64,000 bases of DNA, from assembly GCA_965197725.1 (NCBI GenBank), contig CBDANQ010000058.1, positions 1 to 64,000 on the forward strand. The letters are read 5' to 3'. The notes below the pieces were generated by a model. The model made no database searches, was not told where the DNA came from, and saw nothing but the letters and a program-made list of their open reading frames with translations. Origin of the DNA: Longimicrobiales bacterium. GTDB taxonomy: Bacteria > Gemmatimonadota > Gemmatimonadetes > Longimicrobiales > Gaopeijiaceae. The position numbers were made by a program, and so were the translations under genes. Position 1 is the first letter of the stretch, and each line of letters starts with the position of its first letter. Of this stretch, positions 60,138 to 64,000 are shown piece after piece.

Positions 60138-63100
60138 CTAGTCCTCGAAGGTCCGCACGCGCTTCAACTGAGCGAACGCCGGCCAGAGTCCGGCATTGAG
60201 GTGCTGCTCGGACCACTCGGCGAGCGGGGATGTCATCTTCCCGAACCGTGCCTGCCGCGCACGGCACACATCGGCGTAGTCGCAGAAGCGGCAGTCGTCC
60301 GCTCTCTCGGTCGGCACGAAGTTCCCTGACGCGACGGTGTCCAACATCAGGTCCAGCAGTGGGCCAACGCCCGCCAGCCGCTGGCAGTCGAATACGAACG
60401 CTCGGTTCTCGCCACGTCGCGTCGGGTAGTGATACTCGCCGGAGACGACCGTAACGCCGAGCCGTTGTTCCGCAGCGTGCGCGTACAGTGCGTGCTGTAG
60501 ACGACGACCGCCGTCGAAGGTCCCGCTGTCACCCTCCAGGCCCCATGGCATGCCTGTCTTGTAGTCGACCACGTGCACGCCTTGAAGGTCCTCGTCCACA
60601 CGGTCGATCGCGCCACGCAGCCGAAGCTGTCCCTGCTTGAGGTCGAGAACGACCGGTTCGTCGTCGCCGATGCCGAAGTCGAGCTCGAGCGCCACCCATG
60701 GAGCCCCCCGCTGTCGGACCATGCGCACGAAGGAGCGTACGTCCTCCTCGAGCGCGACCAACTCCCTCCTGAGCGCACCCTCCCCGGGAACCGGCACCTC
60801 GGCCCGCAGCCGCTTGACGCTGATGCCAAGGGTCTTCACCGCGAGCGCTTCGAAGCCCGGCTCCTCCATCTTGAGCTTCCGAATACGGGCCTCGCGCAGC
60901 GACGTCTCGAACACTGCGTGTAGAAGAGCTCCGTGGCGCAGAGGGTTGAGCCAGCGATCAGGATCCAACTCGGGGTCGTCAGGCGGGTAGATACGCAGCA
61001 CCGAACGGTGGAGGTACCGAAGCGGACAGGCGCCCAGATCCTCGAGTCTGCTCGCCGAAACGACGAGCGACGGATTCTTCCGGGGATCGAGCTCCTGTGG
61101 CCTCGCTTCGATCACGCCGTGCGCTGGGCCGGGTACGCCGTCACTGCGTTCGAGCAGCAGCGACAGTCCCGCGTCGAGCCTGGGGAACGCCGCCCGCACG
61201 CGATCGACGCCGTGCCGCATCACCTCCCCCGAACCGAGGCCCGCCATCCAGATGTCGTCGCCGTCCAGCGGGGGACGGTTCGCGCGGGGCACGCGGCACA
61301 CGACACGGCCAAGCGTCTCGTGCAGGTCTCGAAACGTCAGACGCGGATCCCGGCGCTGGAGGCGAAGCGCCGCCAGCAATACCGGCGATGGTCTTATCGA
61401 ACGCGCCTCTGTCGCATCCCACGCACGATAGCTGAGCGTGACGCGGGCACCACGCAGGCGGGCAAAGAACGCCGCGAACCGAAAGGTCCGCTCTCGCAGC
61501 AGTTCAGACGATGTGGGCAGACCCTCCCCGAGCACGCGCCGGTCGCTGTCGAGCAGCACGGGGTCTTGCGTGCTCGGACCCGGTATGTGCTCCGCTTCCG
61601 CTCCCACCACGAAGACCGCGGGACGCCCCGTGTATCCTCCGTGCTCCATATCGGACAGGTGCAGGTGTCCCCCCTCGGACGACCATGGCGCACCGGGGTC
61701 GTTGCCGCTCGCGCCCGGTCCCGACGCACGCACCCTGATCTCGAGGTGCCGGCGGAGAACAGTCACCGCCGCGCCGAAGTCCGTGCGGCGCCGGAGTGTG
61801 GCGTCCACCCGCTCGAGCACCTGGTTGATGCGTTCTCGCGCGCTCAGATCCGACCCGTCACCTAGAGGAACGCGACGGAGGAAAGCCCGTAGGCCCCGTG
61901 CTAGCTCGGCTGGGGAGACCGGCGCGCCGCGCTCTCCCCTGCGGTCCGGAATCGCCGGCGTCGCCTTCAGGGTCGGAAACAGGATCGAGCGCAACGCCCT
62001 CAACTCCCCTTCCGCCTGCGCACGCCGTCGCTCGAAGGCCTCAGCATGCTCCCACTTTCTTGGCCCGAGCTCCTCGAGTCTAGCCAGGGCCGTGCGGACC
62101 TGACTGCGATATCGCTTGCGACCCCAACCGATGCGGAGGCTGCGGAACCGACGCCCCAACTCGGCCGGCGCGTGGTAGAGGCGCGTGCGACCGGGCCGAA
62201 GGTCACCGGCCTCGAGCAGCCTTCGGATCGGGCTGGCCTGGAAGCCTCCCTCGATCCAATCGAGGTAGGCGCGTACCACTCGGCCCGGCCGCGTGCGCTC
62301 GACGGGAAGGCCTACTGCGTACGTGACCGGAATGCGTAGCTCGGAAGAGAGCGCATGGAGCGCCGACCCGTAGGCGGCGGGATCCGGTGTGACGATCTCG
62401 ACCTGGTCCCATGCAAGAGCGCGCTCGGCCACACGCCGAATGACTTCACGCAGCTCGTCGGTGATGGAGGCCGCATGGAAGAGTTCGAGCTCGGAAGACC
62501 GCGGGTCGCCGTCCATCTGCTCCGGGGCGAATAGATAGGAGTAGGCGGATCCACTGGATCCATTGGAGTGACGGTTCCAGAGCACGGAGTCCCGCACGTC
62601 GATCCCCACCACTGGGTCCGTCTCGAGCACCTTAGCACCCCGGGCTTGAAGCGCGGTGAGCAGCTGCCCGCTCAAGCCCCGGGTGCTGACCCCAGGCACG
62701 ATTACGACGACCTCGGCACCCAGAGTGTCCGGCATGCGATGACCGTCGTTCTCCAACGATGCGAGTGCAAGCCGGAGTACGGATGCGGTGTCAGCCAGAC
62801 GTCGTTGGCCCAAGAGCCGCTCGTAGCGCTGCAACACGCGCAACAAGAAGAGCCGCTTCGACCAGTCTGCAAGCCGTGCTCGATCAAGCTCCTCAGGACT
62901 GATACCAGAGAGACGCAACGCCGTGACCGCACCGTGCACGCGCTCACGGAAGCCGACGCCTTCAGCGAGCTCCCCGAGGCCCCGTCCCTCGGCGACCAGA
63001 GCGGCGTCGAGAGATTCATCGAGAAGTGCTCTTTCGTCGAACGCGTCCATCACGCGCAGCGACGCCCGCTCCATCCCGTCGCGCGCGAGTCGAAGCGCCA

Positions 63101-63299
63101 ACGGCGCTTGGGTCACCACCTCGAAGCCGATCCACCCGAGGCCCTCGAGAGAGAGCCGCCTCAACAGTTCGCGCCCCCCACCGAACGTCTGTGAGATGAC
63201 GAGCTTTCGGCCGACGGGGTGACGTCGCGCGATGCGGGCGAGCACGTCGACGAGGTGAGGGGCCGAGGAGGCCCGGCCTAGCTTCTCCAGTCCGCTCAC
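60138..63299 (-). CDS. addB: AddB-like PD-(D/E)XK nuclease subunit with Fe-S cysteines
   Basis: SASRLE..GACPLRY, LRGAIDRVD, VVDYKTG, LQHALY and CRFCDYADVC motifs. Confidence 0.82.
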   Translation of the reverse strand: MSGLEKLGRASSAPHLVDVLARIARRHPVGRKLVISQTFGGGRELLRRLSLEGLGWIGFEVVTQAPLALRLARDGMERASLRVMDAFDERALLDESLDAALVAEGRGLGELAEGVGFRERVHGAVTALRLSGISPEELDRARLADWSKRLFLLRVLQRYERLLGQRRLADTASVLRLALASLENDGHRMPDTLGAEVVVIVPGVSTRGLSGQLLTALQARGAKVLETDPVVGIDVRDSVLWNRHSNGSSGSAYSYLFAPEQMDGDPRSSELELFHAASITDELREVIRRVAERALAWDQVEIVTPDPAAYGSALHALSSELRIPVTYAVGLPVERTRPGRVVRAYLDWIEGGFQASPIRRLLEAGDLRPGRTRLYHAPAELGRRFRSLRIGWGRKRYRSQVRTALARLEELGPRKWEHAEAFERRRAQAEGELRALRSILFPTLKATPAIPDRRGERGAPVSPAELARGLRAFLRRVPLGDGSDLSARERINQVLERVDATLRRRTDFGAAVTVLRRHLEIRVRASGPGASGNDPGAPWSSEGGHLHLSDMEHGGYTGRPAVFVVGAEAEHIPGPSTQDPVLLDSDRRVLGEGLPTSSELLRERTFRFAAFFARLRGARVTLSYRAWDATEARSIRPSPVLLAALRLQRRDPRLTFRDLHETLGRVVCRVPRANRPPLDGDDIWMAGLGSGEVMRHGVDRVRAAFPRLDAGLSLLLERSDGVPGPAHGVIEARPQELDPRKNPSLVVSASRLEDLGACPLRYLHRSVLRIYPPDDPELDPDRWLNPLRHGALLHAVFETSLREARIRKLKMEEPGFEALAVKTLGISVKRLRAEVPVPGEGALRRELVALEEDVRSFVRMVRQRGAPWVALELDFGIGDDEPVVLDLKQGQLRLRGAIDRVDEDLQGVHVVDYKTGMPWGLEGDSGTFDGGRRLQHALYAHAAEQRLGVTVVSGEYHYPTRRGENRAFVFDCQRLAGVGPLLDLMLDTVASGNFVPTERADDCRFCDYADVCRARQARFGKMTSPLAEWSEQHLNAGLWPAFAQLKRVRTFED

Positions 63300-63327
63300 G
63301 GTGCCTTCCAACACTTGTGTCCCCGTC

Positions 63328-63889
63328 TCAAGGCGCGGCCACCGTGAGCTGCGTGCCGTACACGAACAAGGTCGCAACCAGGATCAGGACCGAAGCAGCG
63401 AGATGTACCCACCTATGGGCGACCCAAGCGAGGAACAGGAAGATCACGCCTGCAATAAAGGCAATAAGGTTCACATAATGGAGTAGCGGGTTGTCGAAGA
63501 CGGAGATGTTGCTCCATGTCATGGCGATCATCAGCATCGCGGCGACGGAGAAGAACCGACCTCGAATCTCGTAGTAATAGTCGCTGAGGTTGGTCCGTGC
63601 GTCCTCGAGCGGGAATACCAGCTCAGCAAGTGCGAACAAGAGGATCGGGACGAGGAGAAAGCTCAGCAAATCCCAAAGCGTCCATACCGGGCGATCCGCG
63701 ACTCCCCAGCGTCCTCGACCAGACGCCCACGTGCATCACGAACACCCAAAGGACCCAGATCGCATGGACGAGGCCGGGCGCGGTCGTGGTGTCGGGGCGG
63801 AGTGACCCGACCACGCCACGAAGAAGTGTGGCGATGCCGAGTCCCATGATGATCGACACCAGCACCATGATGAACTCAAACGGATCCAA
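63328..63889 (-). CDS. Hypothetical multi-pass membrane protein, frameshifted at ~63712
   Basis: FEFIMVLVSIIMGLGIATLL...HAIW in one frame continues as WTLWDLLSFLLVP...DYYYEIRGRFF in another. Confidence 0.65.
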
Positions 63890-63912
63890 GTCAGGTAATC
63901 ACCCCTTCCTGC

Positions 63913-64000
63913 CTAGATCCCGCTGATATACGCGAACACGAGAAGGCCGACGATCGCCGCCGCGAGCGCGGCCTTGATCAGGAACCCACGGAGTGCGACG
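63913..64000 (-). CDS. 3' end of a membrane protein continuing beyond the window
   Basis: VALRGFLIKAALAAAIVGLLVFAYISGI*. Confidence 0.5.
   Translation of the reverse strand, partial: VALRGFLIKAALAAAIVGLLVFAYISGI

Noticed and set aside
60138..63299. Cas4-like or defence nuclease
   Set aside because: About 1050 aa with a C-terminal nuclease domain and a neighbouring UvrD-type helicase fit AddB.

Overview
GC-rich bacterial chromosomal segment. The gene set and protein style suggest Gemmatimonadota, but this is an inference. It is mostly housekeeping and envelope genes: queD/folE, fumC, trxB, mlaEFD, rho, thyX, acyl-CoA ligases, an Na+/solute symporter, namZ, a VPS10/BNR protein, a DPP-III-like peptidase and addAB-type helicase/nuclease genes. 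No rRNA, tRNA or CRISPR array was recognised. Four things stand out. (1) A metal-uptake locus (18.2-22.0 kb) is led by a His/Cys-rich upstream ORF ending in the ribosome-arrest motif RAPP, followed by an outer-membrane barrel, a ZnuA/TroA-type binding protein and a permease, with no adjacent ATPase. (2) A complete 1495-bp IS with CTAG duplication sits in the last codons of an aminotransferase, and its transposase takes its stop codon from the target site. (3) Gene lesions are pervasive (internal deletions, short tandem duplications, single-base frameshifts, orphan fragments) and include addA; this is either genuine decay or assembly error. (4) Several unannotated small proteins, a structured-RNA candidate and a perfect 20-bp palindrome upstream of thyX are present.
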